From positions 926,922 to 990,921 of the forward strand of contig CM082579.2 in the NCBI GenBank assembly GCA_040954595.2: 64,000 bases of DNA, given 5' to 3'. The DNA is from Balanoglossus misakiensis. Its lineage: Eukaryota > Animalia > Hemichordata. Of this stretch, positions 13,001-25,946 are shown piece by piece. A program made the position numbers and the translations under genes. The stretch's first letter is position 1. Every line of letters begins with the position of its first letter. Under the pieces are notes generated by a model. It ran no database searches. It worked only from the letters and a program-made list of their open reading frames with translations, and was not told the origin of the DNA.

Positions 13001-15087
13001 TATTTGTAAAAAAATTAAGAGACACAGAATTCACTGAGAAAGTTGACCAGTGAGCACATATCAATTTTAACTGGTAAATTATGTGTACATTTGTCAGTCA
13101 AAGGTCAACTTTCTTGAATTCTCATGTGTTCAGAACATTTGGCAACATTCAAAATCAACCAATAATAAACCAAGTCCAAGAAAACAAAATCCATTCTGTT
13201 CATGAATTCCCTTTCTTTTTTTAATCCCAACCACATTGACTCATCCGATATCCATCCATACATTCCATATAATTCACATTTTGTATGGCTAGGGAAAAGT
13301 ACTTATCATATTCATAAACACAATATTATAAGCAAATAAACAAACAAACAAAGAAATCACTGTCATTGAATGTTGGTTGTTTACTTTCGCATGTATTCTA
13401 AATACGGGCTCATCAAAACTGCATGTACTTCAACAGAATGCAAGTCAAGTATTTTTTGCTGACAGCTTGCATGTCTGCCTGCGGTAACACTTTTCCCTCG
13501 CCCCGAAAAAATTCCTAACACTTGATGCTTCCGCCTGCTTTCAAAAAATCAATTTTTTTCCAACTGCTATATTCTGGTTTTCACCTAAATTCTTGTACAG
13601 GTTACCAAATCTAAAGTCTGGGGAAATGAGTTCTCTCTTGTCCCTTACGGAGTGAGTAAAACATCTTTCTTTCACTTCATTTTTCAGTCAGCACTCAATC
13701 ATTTTGTGGAAATAAGATCCCAGTGCATCATAGATTTTTATAAAAGAAAGTAACAATATCTTGATCGTGGCTTTTGCAAAACTGTTGTCTCTTTGTTTTT
13801 AATTTTGAAGGGTCTTTTAAACTTGTCATGCAAATTGTGATAAGGGATGTTCTGCTGTGTTGTTGGGGATTAAGGAGTTCTTCTTTCAGTGTTTGTTTTG
13901 TCGTTGTTGCTGCTATCATATCACAGCGCAGTACAAGTCGTATCATTGCATGGTGTAAGAATGTGGTCGATCACAGCGGGTGACATCAAATGTCATTTTC
14001 ACTGGCACTTGTCAAAACCCTGCACAGTGGCATCTCAGGTGACCCTTGACACAACGTGACACCATAGACGAACACATTGTATAGATTGTGTGATGTCGAA
14101 CAATATTGACAGTCATACAGCAAATAATTCAGTAGTGTATAGTGAGAGACTTGGTTGTTAGCAGATGAAATTATTGCACTTTCTGTTATAAAAATGCAGA
14201 TAAACTGACATCTGCACATCTTATCTACACTTTCTTTTGCTAATTACTGAATGACATGACTGTATGACCAATGGTATTCCTTGAAATTGAAGATGCACCA
14301 ACTTGAACTTTAAAGGCCCAGTATCTCGGCTGTTTCAAGTCATGTGATATTACATTACTCTCAACGAGACACCAGTTTATAATTCTGTACTGAAATATGT
14401 AAGTCTGCCAAATTTGCCACCAGGTAAAATTTGATACTTGATGCAGGCTTTTGACAAGTTGCTGAAAATGGTCCCAGTGATAGACACACCTAATAACAGT
14501 CTACTCAGTAAAGCTGTTCTATACTTCCACTATTTCTTTTCTGGTTCTACATACTAACATAAATAAATAACAGAGCACTTTTTTCCCCTCAGCTTGCAAG
14601 TAGACTGTTTATTAGAGTGTAAGGTCTGTCAAATCTTCCAGTTGAGGAAAGCACATTTATTTTTTGTTCCATACAAGGCCTTGCTGAATGTCGTTCTGCT
14701 CACTGCGTAACAAAAAAAATCATGATGATAGCCACCTCTATTTTGATAAAGAGGAAAACTCAACATTAAGTCTGTCTGATGGTGGCTGTGTCGCAGAACG
14801 CACAGACATTCACCTGCTGTCATCCCGGATACAGTATTCAGTAATCAGAGCGAGCCAAATAATACCCCCTGTTACATGGAATGTGAAAGTGATTACTGGA
14901 AAGTCGATTCTGTCGAAAAACACAACAGTTTTTCAAATGCCATTATATAATATGATTATATCATAAAGATGTAAATAACTGCATGGAGTAATAAAGTGCA
15001 TGCTAGTTCTCATTCTGTGCTTTACAACAATTCAATGTTTGTTTTTTCTTGTCTCAACTTTCAGGTTTTGAGTTTACAGAAGTATGA
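1050..15087 (+). CDS. LMO7: LMO7/LIMCH1 (Drosophila Smallish)-like CH-PDZ-LIM scaffold protein, 5' end lies outside the window
   Basis: Phase-consistent GT-AG exons: 1050-1095, 2288-2404, 2562-3026, 3171-3310, 3482-3644, 3941-4093, 4973-5416, 5585-5708, 5866-6027, 6200-6732, 7853-8005, 8197-8329/8452, 9704-11242, 11404-11903, 12186-12434, 12682-12784, 15065-15087. Motifs: [19 protein letters not shown]...PKLNLGAF (LMO7 CH-domain end); [12 protein letters not shown]...[10 protein letters not shown] (DUF4757-like); PDZ ([20 protein letters not shown]...GDEIISIN); long E/K/R coiled coil; [11 protein letters not shown]; SVSGK-LIM (CTRC...[21 protein letters not shown]...HCQNC); C-terminus GFEFTEV*. 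Confidence 0.88.
6983..7030 (+). CDS. Candidate 48-nt in-frame cassette exon of the LMO7-like gene ([16 protein letters not shown])
   Basis: Preceded by a (GTTT)n/TGC tract and AG at 6981-6982, followed by a consensus GAG|GTGAGT donor. Phase 0-0, matching flanking exons ending 6732 and starting 7853; no stop. Confidence 0.5.
13601..13651 (+). CDS. Candidate alternative exon of the LMO7-like gene giving the C-terminus ...NDAGYQI*
   Basis: Pyrimidine-rich acceptor TCTTGTACAG|; phase 1 matches the LIM exon ending 12784; G+GT TAC CAA ATC TAA (stop 13612-13614); GTGAGT donor at 13652. Confidence 0.45.
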
Positions 15088-15322
15088 TGATGGTGATTTT
15101 GTTGCTTGCAGTTGAAAATCAAAAGAAGTGAGAACCTACAAGCTGCCACTTGCAAGAAATGACAGAATATGGAGAGACAAACAAGAGACTCCTGCAGAAA
15201 TCATACAAATATATGAAATATGTTTGAAGTTGTACTGTACATATATTGGTCTTGTGGGTGCCAGGTGTTTCTTCACCTTGTAGAGAAAAGAGCCAATGTG
15301 TAACAAAGGCTCCCAAATGGTT

Positions 15323-15514
15323 TTAAAGGTATACAGTCACCTATGCAAATATAGTGACAGTTATCATGGTCAATTGAGATCTAGCCTATCACAGATTTTC
15401 AGTGGGTGGCACATGGGAAAGAAGAGTGCCACCATATGTTCTGTATAACGCTCAAATACACAATTTAAGCCATAAATGGGCGTATGTAAATTGAAGGTGA
15501 GCTTGTACCTTTAA
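15323..15514. mobile_element. TTAA-flanked MITE (Kolobok-like termini) in the LMO7-like 3' region
   Basis: Left end TTAAAGGTATACAGTCACCT and right end AGGTGAGCTTGTACCTTTAA form imperfect terminal inverted repeats with TTAA at both ends; no coding capacity. Confidence 0.65.
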
Positions 15515-17418
15515 TATCGGCAAAGTAGATGAAGTGACAAGCTCATGGAATAGAGATGAGAATATCTCGTCTCAGTGTTGAGTGGGGTGAAGTGACAGTA
15601 ACCTTAGATTTAGAAATCCACATTCTCCGTAACGCAAACACTACCAAGACTTGAAGTGGGGTTAAACATTTGCTGTCAAAGTGGTTGTCGATTTGATTGT
15701 CATCAATAGTCTACGCTTGATTAGAAAGGAGTGTTTGGTTTGAGCAAGTGTGTTTAGTATGAAAGTAAGAGCAATATTCTCAAGAGTTCGCCTGTTGTGC
15801 GCTTGTCGCCATTTTGTCCCAGAAAGGTCTCAATCCGATTGCTTCCAGTTTTGCAAATATGGTATCTTGGTTATGGAGACTTCCATGTAGAGTATTGGTG
15901 ATATTGAATTCCAATTATTCCTGCTATCACATTTTGCAACTCTTGTATCAAAAGAAAAACTATTTTTTACTAGAATTCATGCATCTTGTAAAACAGTTAT
16001 TTTAGAATTATGCCAGAGCATGTGTCGTAGAAATTCACTATAAATTTTGTATTATGAAAAGTAGTTATAAAAATTGAGAAAATTGCATTTTCTTGGATTT
16101 AGATTAAACCCAAGTGAAATCATGATGAATTCAGCAAATTTGTAAATATTATATAATCATTATTTTAATATATATTTGCCAATCCCATGGCAAGCATGGA
16201 TGGAATTTTGCTTAGGAAAGGAATCAAAACGGTCAAAATATAATTTGAATTTTTTTATTTCTATATACAATATGTTTTCCATGGCCTCCTATTGCCATGG
16301 CAATAACCTTTAACCCTATTTTGTTGTTGTTGATCCTTGACTCATAACATGAAGTACTTAACATTTTCATTTTTTATATAAATTTAATATATTCAATCAT
16401 TTATTTGGTTTTGTGGGGTCAGGATGTTTTTATTTTCTTTGTATATTGCTTTCTGTTAGTCTGAAATCTGACTCACAATCAGTGTCTAGCGCCACTTTTA
16501 GTTTTAATATATATTTTATATTGCAATTTTCTTTAGGGATTCAGTGTTTCTTCCAAGGACTTGTTCTACAGTTGAGAAAACATGGTTCTAGAAATAGAAA
16601 GTTGTCAATTGGGTTTGGATATCGTTCCCAGGCTTGACAGGGCACTGAACTTCTTATGAATGGAGAATGACAGATTTTTCATGAGATGAGAAATTCATAG
16701 AAGGTGTTGGAAATGCCAAACATTTTCTCGGTGAAGTCAATCATATACAGGCTGAGTTTAGTGTTGAATCAGTAAGGTAGATATCATATTTGGTGGAATG
16801 GTTGAATTCTTCAGTCAGAAAAAAAAAATCACACAAAAATAGTAACTAAGATAGAAGTCACATTTATTTTGCATATTCTAGATTCCACTGTACAATTCCT
16901 GTTGCAACAATTGCATTCATTTCTGTACAAATTAAATTCAGATTACAGTTTAATATCACATTTTATCTCATAACGATTCCATGGAGAAAGAACCATTTGC
17001 AATCATTGTGTTAAGAAGTTAAAAACTGTATATAGCTGCCCATTTTTTTCTACAAATAAACAAATGCATAAGATGGCATTATCCCTAACAATCGTAATAT
17101 TCAATGTAATGTTTGTCTTAACCTTGTTCATTCTTTGCTCAATAGAGTAATCTCCTGGCTGAAAGGTGGCCTCATACTGCAGGAGTCCCTTACTATACTA
17201 CCGGGTATAAAGCACTTTTAAAGCAATCTAACCAGGAATTCTTGTTTGATTTCAAACCAGACACTAAAGGATTTCAGAGTAGATAAATAAATTAGTATTT
17301 CAGATCATTAGTACATGTATACCCATGGTGTCAGAAAAGAATATTTCAGTTGTTAATTTTTGCTGCATGTTGAAAGCTAGGAGGAAAACATTTCAGTGAA
17401 TTAAAATAGCATCTTTAT

Positions 17419-20400
17419 TCATTCTAGCACTGTAGCGAACCCATAAACCTTGTCATCACGACAGCCAATAATGATGTGGTTGTCGTGAGCAACAGGAGAG
17501 GAGAAAAGCTCCCCAGGCAGAGAATGCTGGGTAATCAACTGCCCTGACAGAAGTTGTAAAATAAAAATTGAGCCAGATGTGCAACAGACTAAAACAAATA
17601 AATCAGCACCCTGAGATTCTTTCTGATTTTCCTGAGAATTTTCTTCTTTCAGAAAAACATTCTGCAATCTATTCTTTGCTTGTCGATGTTGGAATATAAA
17701 TGGAGTCGCATATACTTCAGATGGTGTCTCAAATTGCCACTTGAGTTGACCAGACTTGATGGAAAGGCAGTACACGTGATGGTCATGTGATCCAAAAACT
17801 GCATAATCATTGGCAACAGCATTGTCATGTGACCTGGCAGAGGACTGAGTACAGATGGATGAGAAAACTGGACCCTGTGTTGCAAAACTCCATAACTGTC
17901 AGAAAATAAGAACAATAGATAGATTAGTATGTGCATTGCAGTCTTGCTAAGGGTGCAATCTGAATCCCTCCAATGATGGAATAAAGACAAAGGTGTTGTC
18001 ATTCAGAGATAAAATGATTTTGATTCTGAATTCAGGTTACAGTCAAAGAAACAGCACCAAATATAGCCATTATACCTGGTTGCCACGGTGATCCAGATGA
18101 TAAACGCTGCCATCTACACATCCATACAGGATTCCTCTGGATGTTACTGCTGGAGATGAGAATATTGGTTTTGGACAAACAAAGTGCCACTTTCTGTCAC
18201 CAGTGTCCTGTGAATGAAGAAATACCAAGACAAAAGAAAATGGATCAGATGAAGACTGCCGGAGATACTCATTTTCAGAGTTACATAAGTGGTGAAAGTA
18301 CTGATGAATTCATGTTTCACACTGGACGACAAATGACTAGATCTTCAGACTAGATCACTTACTGGATCTATGGCCAGAATTCTACCAGTCAGTGTAGCTG
18401 CATAGAGGATTCTGGGATTGCTGCTGATTACTGGAGAAGAGAATACTGACCCTCCACCACCATACAAACACCACACAACTCTTTTTTGCTGTAAGAAACA
18501 AACATTTCAGGGAGGGGGAGTTATGAACTGAGATAGAAGTATTTCTCATATAAAACATTGCAAATAAAACATGATCTTGTAGCTACCTTTACATGTATAC
18601 TTTGGATATTTTTGTAATGTTGAATAATTTCAAACATTTATAGTAAATAAGATGATACCTGTACGTCAATGCAGTGAATTTGCTGGTCATGTGATCCAAC
18701 CATAATCCAAGATGTCTGTGTGTCTACCACAGGGGAACTTTTCACAGCTTCATCTGTCTGATATTTCCAGTTGATTTCTCCATTTTGGGAATCAAGAACA
18801 TAGACAACACCATCATAGCAACCTGCACGAGAAAATATTTATTACAACAAAAATCTAAGACCATTAAAGGCTTTTACAAAGTAATGGAATAGACTTCCAC
18901 TTTTTACAATCATTAATATGACATTTACAAAAAGATATTTACAAAAGTGATGAGAGGCCTTTGACCTTTGACCTACCTACAACAACAAACTGGCCACATT
19001 TTGAAATACATGCCGAAGATTCTACCCTGTCCCCAAGTTCTGTTACCCATAGTGCCTCACCAGTCGTCACAGAAACAGCCAAGAATTTATGAGAATGAGA
19101 ACCAATGTAAACAATGTCACCAGAGCTGTAAAAGAAACAGAGACAGTATTGTTGAGAAGATCCAGAAGATTATCTGCAATGTCATATAATCGAGACTGAA
19201 ATGATTTAAGAATTACACAAGTATGATTGGTAGTTGATATAAACACACCTCTTACTGACAAGTAATGGTGATGCGTCCACACATTTCCCTGTATCACACT
19301 GCCATATTGGCTGAAGATGCATCTCTCCTGTCAAGCTCTGGGTCAGAGAAACATTTGTCTGATTCCATGGCAACTCTCTGGCATCAACTGGGGTCCATGG
19401 CAACCCAATCACATCTTCATCACTGGTCACAAAGTGAGAGCCTCTGCTGATGGCTACCCAGTCAGAATTTGGACACTCCTCATCGACGCTTCTATCAACT
19501 GGTGGTCTTGTTTGGTGGCTTCTGGGCGTAGTGTTGCTAGACTGACCCTGCTTTGATCTGTCTCTTCTGGTGTCACAGAAACTAGATTTGAAACTCTCTG
19601 CTGACTTAGATATCACCCTCCCGCTGGCATAATCCATCTCTTCAACAAGCATATTTACACCATCCAAATGTTGCCCATTGATTTTGAATTTCTTAGATTT
19701 GAAATCACTTTTATTTACTCTCATATCAGAGTTCCCGGAAACTTTTCCTTCTGTGATGTCACCGTCCCGTCCAGATGTCCTCTTCTGGTTCTGTTTCTGC
19801 CTGTCATGATTGAGGAGAAAAGTCTCCACCAACAAACAAACATCATGGAAGCTCTGATGTAGAATCACGTCCAACAACTCAGGAATGCTCTTCTTTACCC
19901 ATGATTCAATGCTGTCAGCCAGATAAATAGCGCTTATAGAGTTGCCGCCATCTTGCAGGAATTTGGTGTACTCTTCAACTGGACATTTTATGCCCAGTGC
20001 ATCCTGGGAATGAGAAGAATCCGTTTTTGTTGTTGAGAAAGTAATGCATTTATGTAGAAGCATTGTTTTAGTAATTCAATGGCACCATACAAAATAATTC
20101 TACATTACCTGCCATAATAACTGCAAATAGTTTCTGTCAAACTGTGTCACGTTGTCTCCTTCTGACACATTCTCAATGATTTCACCAAGTTTCTTGCAAT
20201 CTACTTTTCCGTGTGCCGTCATGGGCAACTTCTCCAACAGAATTACTTCATCCGGGATTCCATGTTCCGGAAGAACCTCACGCAAGTGGTTTCTGATGAT
20301 ATTCTTCTGTTGGGATTTGCTCTGACGTCGGAGTGTTGGTGACGCAACAACACATAAAACCAGTCTGCCAATGTCGTTCTGTTGAACACTGCATGTCTGA

Positions 20401-23400
20401 ATCACAGGGATGGTTTCTGCCAACTGAAACAAAGTTTTGTTGCGTAAACTAAAGGAGTCGTCCACACCATTAATCAGGTCAAGTCACAGACAACTCTTAA
20501 CCCTTTCACCCCCATTTCCCTCTACAGTGGTCCAACTTCACCATGCAAAACAATGGATCTAGGCCAAACCATTCTGGTGAAAGGGTTAAATTTCTGATTT
20601 GGGAAAACATCAACGAACAAACAAACCCACCTGTTGGATCTGACACAGATTGATTCTCTTCCCTTGCCGTTTGATCTGGTTGTCAAGGCGACCAAGATAC
20701 ACAAAACCTCTCTGGGTCAGTTTCACCACATCGCCTGTGTCTCTCATGTTATCAGCCGGAATCTTGTCTTCATCATCAATAAAGCAATGTCGCTTTCCAC
20801 CTGAATCAAAAAACAACTACCATGAATTCTGGAGACACTGATATAAGAATATTGATGGACTACATGTATAAAAGTCTACACTGTATGTATGCTTTCTGGC
20901 TGTGTCCAAACTTTATGACCTTGCACACTACTGCAATGGATTTCTTCTCATAAACAAAGAATTAATACAAAACATACCAATGAATAACTTTCCTTCCTTG
21001 CCAATACTACAAATAACTTTGCCCTCTTCATCTCGGAGTTCAAGTTCAGTGTCAAGCAGAGGTGTTCCAAGCGGCACACTTTCAGTTGACTTGTTGAGGA
21101 TATCTGTCTCAGGAATTTGATAACATGTAGCCCAACTTGAAACTTCTGTAATGCCATACAGGTTGAAAAATTTCGTTTTGTTGCCATTCGCTCTCCACTG
21201 GTTGATGACAGAGGGCGTGGGACACACTTCACCTCCAAACGCCAGAATCCTGAGTCTACTAGTGGCATTCAACAACTGTGATTGGCAGAGATCTTGACCA
21301 AATCTACTCAGCAGTGTTGGTGTCGTCTGCACAAATGAAGAATCCAAGAGTATTTATAAAGAAGTTGGTGGCATGAAGTGAAATTGTAAAAAAGGACAAT
21401 AGGACTCACAAAACCTGTTGATGTCGACAACGTACCTGCAAGACTGAAACGGCATGTTTCTTCAAGATCCTAGCTAAGACTCTAGGCATCAGTTTGATGA
21501 TGGTTGGAACAATCACCAGAGATGCACCTTGGGACAGGGTCGTAAACATCTCAACAATGCTCGGGTCAAAGGTTAAAGGTGATGCCATGAAAATAGTGTC
21601 ATCTGAAGTCACTTCAAATATATCTCTAGAGTGGGAGGTAAAAGTTTAAAGGTTAGAATTAATTTTGATGAAACTAGAACTCAATATTAGAAAGCTAGAT
21701 CCGGAGAATTAATCTGCACATTTCCGAATTGATATCAAAATTTAATAACTCATAAATCAAAATGACTTTGTCACAGATAGCAAGATCCGATGACAACAAA
21801 AAGCTACCAACCTGCAATGTATGACGTTGGGTAGAATGCACTCATGGGGAACTTTGACTATCTTAGGGGTTCCAGTTGTGCCTGATGTATGGATGGCATA
21901 GGCCAATGGAAGAGATGATGATGATGATGATGACAAAGATGATGGCGGTTTGGTTGGCATGGTAATGACTTGTTCAGCCTCTGCTGGATGCTGTATTTCC
22001 ACAATGACCAATCCATGATCGGAGAGAAACTGTACAACTTTGATTTGCAAGTCCAGCCCCAATGTATCCAGAAATCTCTGATTAGTGAGAAGACAAAAAA
22101 TATCCAAAATTAAGTCATAGGAACCAGGCAATGGTTTTATATCAAGGCTGCAATATTTATGTGAACTAAAAATAATAAAACAACAAACGCACAGTGGGTG
22201 TCTCATAGACATTTCAGCTAATTCATTCAGACAACTAAAACACCGAAAGTGATGCTTAAAAGACACAATATTTACACTGCACAAGACCCGCTTTCAAATT
22301 TATTGACACACCTTGGCAGCTGCTGTCAAATGTGTATTTTGTAGAGAAAGATTTTCGAGTCGAATGGAAATCGAAATGCAATTCTTATAATTCTTATTTT
22401 TTTTTTTGACAGCTGTGGCCATATTTTCATGTGTGTATAATGGTTTGTGCTTTTCAACAGATGGACAGAAAGAATATTGAGTTAATCATTACTGTATCAA
22501 ACATGACAGAGACATTCTTACCTGTATAACCTCTTCCTGTACTAAAATCATTCTAATGTGGACATTTTGGATGAAATATTTGTTGATGTTGGATGGAGTT
22601 TGTGGATCAATAGTAGCAAATGCTGCAGATGCTTGAAGAATACTGGAAGAAATAAATACATTTGATCCATCTTCTGTTGATATTGTTCATATGAAACAAT
22701 GATGAAAATAAGTGTGAAAAATCTACCATATTAAAAACGTTTTCAACCAAGACTGACACAAACTAACCTTTGTTCATACAAGTCTTTTGGCGAACCGACC
22801 CTAAGGACACAGGATACAAAACAGTCATTTCCGAACAAAGATTTCTCTGTCAGTTACTTAATATACATACAGCCCCTGGCCTCAATAAAGTTTATATTTT
22901 GTGGAAAGCCCTTTTACACCGGGATCATATGACAATTTGCAGCAACTTTCCCCACATCCTTCAAAAACATGCCTAGGTTTTCCTGTCGGTCTCTTCTTTT
23001 TATCACAACCTTCCGTTTCGCAAAATTCAGTCGTTGGACTGAGAAATTAACAACAATTGTTTGCTTAAATCTACTATTGAAAAACATGGTGATTAGGTGA
23101 TATAAACATCCAAAGAAATTTACAAGTCAAATCTCCGATATATATCTTATTTCATATATAATGAAAAATTGTCAATAATAATTTGTGACATTTTTTAGTA
23201 ATCTAGAAAGCCTAACATTGGAAGTCTGAATTCCAGTCAGACAAACATATTGCACACACAACGAGTCCAATGTCCAGATATGGCCTGATCTTATTTGCAT
23301 ATCCAGGGAGTAGCTCGCTGTAGACCCAGTTTGACCAAGGCTGTCAATCCTTACCCAAAGAAAGACCGAGCAGATACAATGCCAGACTTTTATACCTTAA

Positions 23401-25523
23401 AATATTCCTCAATCAAACAAGAATTCCAGAAGTTTGTGGCGATTAATTCTACTAATTTTAATACACGTGTAAAATGCTGTTATATTAAAATCACTACAAT
23501 TGTGTGTTTTCTAACGACCTTGTCTTATTCTGCTTCACTCTTCTCAAAATACCCTGTAAACCTTTACACGTCATTTCGCTCAGTTACAAACACATTTTTG
23601 TGAAATGCAAAACACGACTAGTCTCTAATTTTGTAAAGGCCCATAAAACTACTTTTAGCATCACAGGAAGGCAATGACATGATCTACTTTATGTTGGCAG
23701 AGTTCCAAGGTTTTTAATGTCCTCGCCAGATCAAGTCTGGCCCAATTTTCAAGACTTTTCATATAATACGTCTCAGTCTTTCCACTTCTCTTATTTCATC
23801 TTGGTCTGTTTAGTTTCATAAAAACAATTTCAAAGCTTTTAACATCAATTTCATTTCAGTAGACTCATTATTTCAAAAGATCACAAAATGCTCCACTACA
23901 CTGAGCTGGGTTCTGTCGGCACTTGTTCAGCAATATGCAGACACTGTTATGATTTTTTGTCTGCGTTTTTTTTTTCAGTTCAAGTAACACAACTGTGTGA
24001 TCAACAAATGAAAGGTTCAAGAAAGTAAAGTCTTTTGAATGTACATATCTAGGGCAATTCTTTTGTACATTTAATGGTTTCCATGGTAACATAGCACACA
24101 TGGTACACTCTGTCCCATGATGAACTTAAATTACTTGAAGCAATATAATATTCATTGTCGTGGGAAATCTACAGTTAATTTGGCTTGCGTTGTACGGAAT
24201 TCTGTTTGATATTCTCACAAGAACTCTCCATCTGGGAAATCGACATTCTCAACAAACATCTGGGGGGCCGCCAAAAACCACAATTTGACGGGTTTCTCCG
24301 ATCGAGATGCAGTGTTTTCTTTACATTTTATGTGAAAAATCCAGCGTCAAAGAACTGTACAGCAGCTGGTGTCAACCGCAGACACACTCATTTCAAACGA
24401 CAGAGTGGTAATGTCTGCCTTTTTTTTCTTGGCCCTGCAGTGTGCCGTGGTTAGGATGTGGCTATTGTGGTCACAATTGTTGGTAAAAACCGCAAACCAA
24501 GGCTGATAGTCTAAAGAATTAGTGTTTACCTAGCTACTGCAGCTGTTTTGCGGTTAAAGGCAATTCTCTGATTTGACAGTCTGCAGCGCTTGACGACGCG
24601 TACTTAAAACACATTCCCTGCTTTCTAATTCTACACAGAATGAGTTTGAGAAAATCTCTTATATGTTTAGGTTGTTGAGAAGCCTGAATCTTTGAACAAG
24701 GTCAAATCACGTGAAACATAAAAAGCCCGCGACAAAGACTACCATTTTTCAACCATCTGGAATTCCCTTGGGGGATATCAGTTCATACCATTGACAGTGA
24801 CTAGTTTGGCTCAAGCAATTGTTCAACAATTTTCACTTCTATTAATGTGAAATTTAACAGCGATTAAATGTTCACAGATTTTATATTTTAAGAACAAAGT
24901 TTAACTTCAAAACAATAAATTAATTGTTTTAACGTAAAACTTGGAGTCAAGTGGGGCATAAAAGATTTTGAAGACTCACCCAATGAGGTACGTTGGAAGC
25001 AAAACAGAGGGATGATAGTATAGTCCTACAACTTCTCCTTTCACGTGAAGCTGATCCAGATATGTAGCAATTTCATTTGCTCTCTTTTGCATCTCCAAAT
25101 ATGTCACCATGGTAACACTTTCTCCATCATCAAATATAACAGCAGATTTATCTTGATGTTTCTGGACTGCATCTTCGAACATAGTTTGAAGAGTTCTTTC
25201 TTCTTTGTTGTTGGAAGCTTTGTTCTCAACCTAAACGAAATAAATATCTTTTTTTTAAAGACAATAAATCATATTTTTCTCTGAACTTTAAAAAAATCAG
25301 ACTTAAAGATTACCTTCACATTTTCCAAAATTGTTGACACTGTTTCATCCCGTATACTTGGCAAAGGAGTAGTTTATGTGTATTAAAATCAACATGAACT
25401 ACAAACGATCAACGTCTATCCACTGCCGTATGATTTTCGCATTTCTATACCCGCATAAATTAATAAGGTCTGGGTCCACACACAGTGAAAAAGTACTTAT
25501 CGCCCAGCCAAGCGCCTTACCAT
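17419..25523 (-). CDS. AASDH: AASDH/ACSF4 beta-alanine-activating enzyme (adenylation domain + phosphopantetheine carrier + PQQ-like beta-propeller)
   Basis: Phase-consistent minus-strand exons: (ATG 25523-25521 then GTAAGG donor, inferred), 25230-24980, 22642-22522, 22077-21812, 21625-21436, 21326-20978, 20800-20631, 20423-20109, 20003-19249, 19125-18977, 18822-18659, 18488-18363, 18207-18076, 17895-17419. Motifs: YAIHTSGTTGTPK, SPLTFDPSIVE, FNLYGITEVSSWA, RDTGD, GRLDNQIKRQGKRINL, LPMTAHGKVD, carrier FLQDGGNSISA, propeller WQCDTGKCVDASP, GSHSH, GDRVESSA, GELFSSP...GCRDD. Start codon uncertain (alternative ATG at 25182). Confidence 0.93.
20497..20589. mobile_element. 93-bp piggyBac-like MITE in an AASDH intron
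   Basis: Perfect 14-bp terminal inverted repeat TTAACCCTTTCACC...GGTGAAAGGGTTAA; TTAA target site and CCC/GGG ends. Confidence 0.8.
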
Positions 25524-25946
25524 TTTTACGCGTCAGAAACGTACAGGGCCCATACAACACAACGCCTACGCGCCTCTCCTTTCCTTCTGCTGGAATGTAT
25601 TTAGCCAGATCAGTCGTCGGGGCCTGGAACTGTCCCCGCGCTATCGTATGACAGCTGCTCTAAACCGCAAATTAGAATTTGTAATATTTTTCCAGCCCAT
25701 GCTTTATATATACCGGTCCCTGGAGCTCTAAGCAGCTGATTCTTTGTGATTAGCGCCATCTTGTGGTGAACTTTGCAACATCGAGTTATTTGGGAAAACT
25801 TTTTATTTATGCGGATTTTGAATTAAAATGTGCGCTTTTTGACAGAAATTTGAAAACATTCCAGAAGCAATTTCTTGCAAATAATATTTTCACTGGTTTC
25901 GAAACCACAAACATAAATATTAGTTGACCTTGCGTATATTTCCAAG
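25524..25946. promoter_or_regulatory. Bidirectional promoter between AASDH and the MYND-UBL-UBA gene
   Basis: About 420 bp between divergent ATGs; locally CpG-rich; CTCF/YY1-like TAGCGCCATCTTGTGGTGA at 25751-25769; YY1-like CAAGATGGCAGC overlapping the ATG at 25947. Confidence 0.6.
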
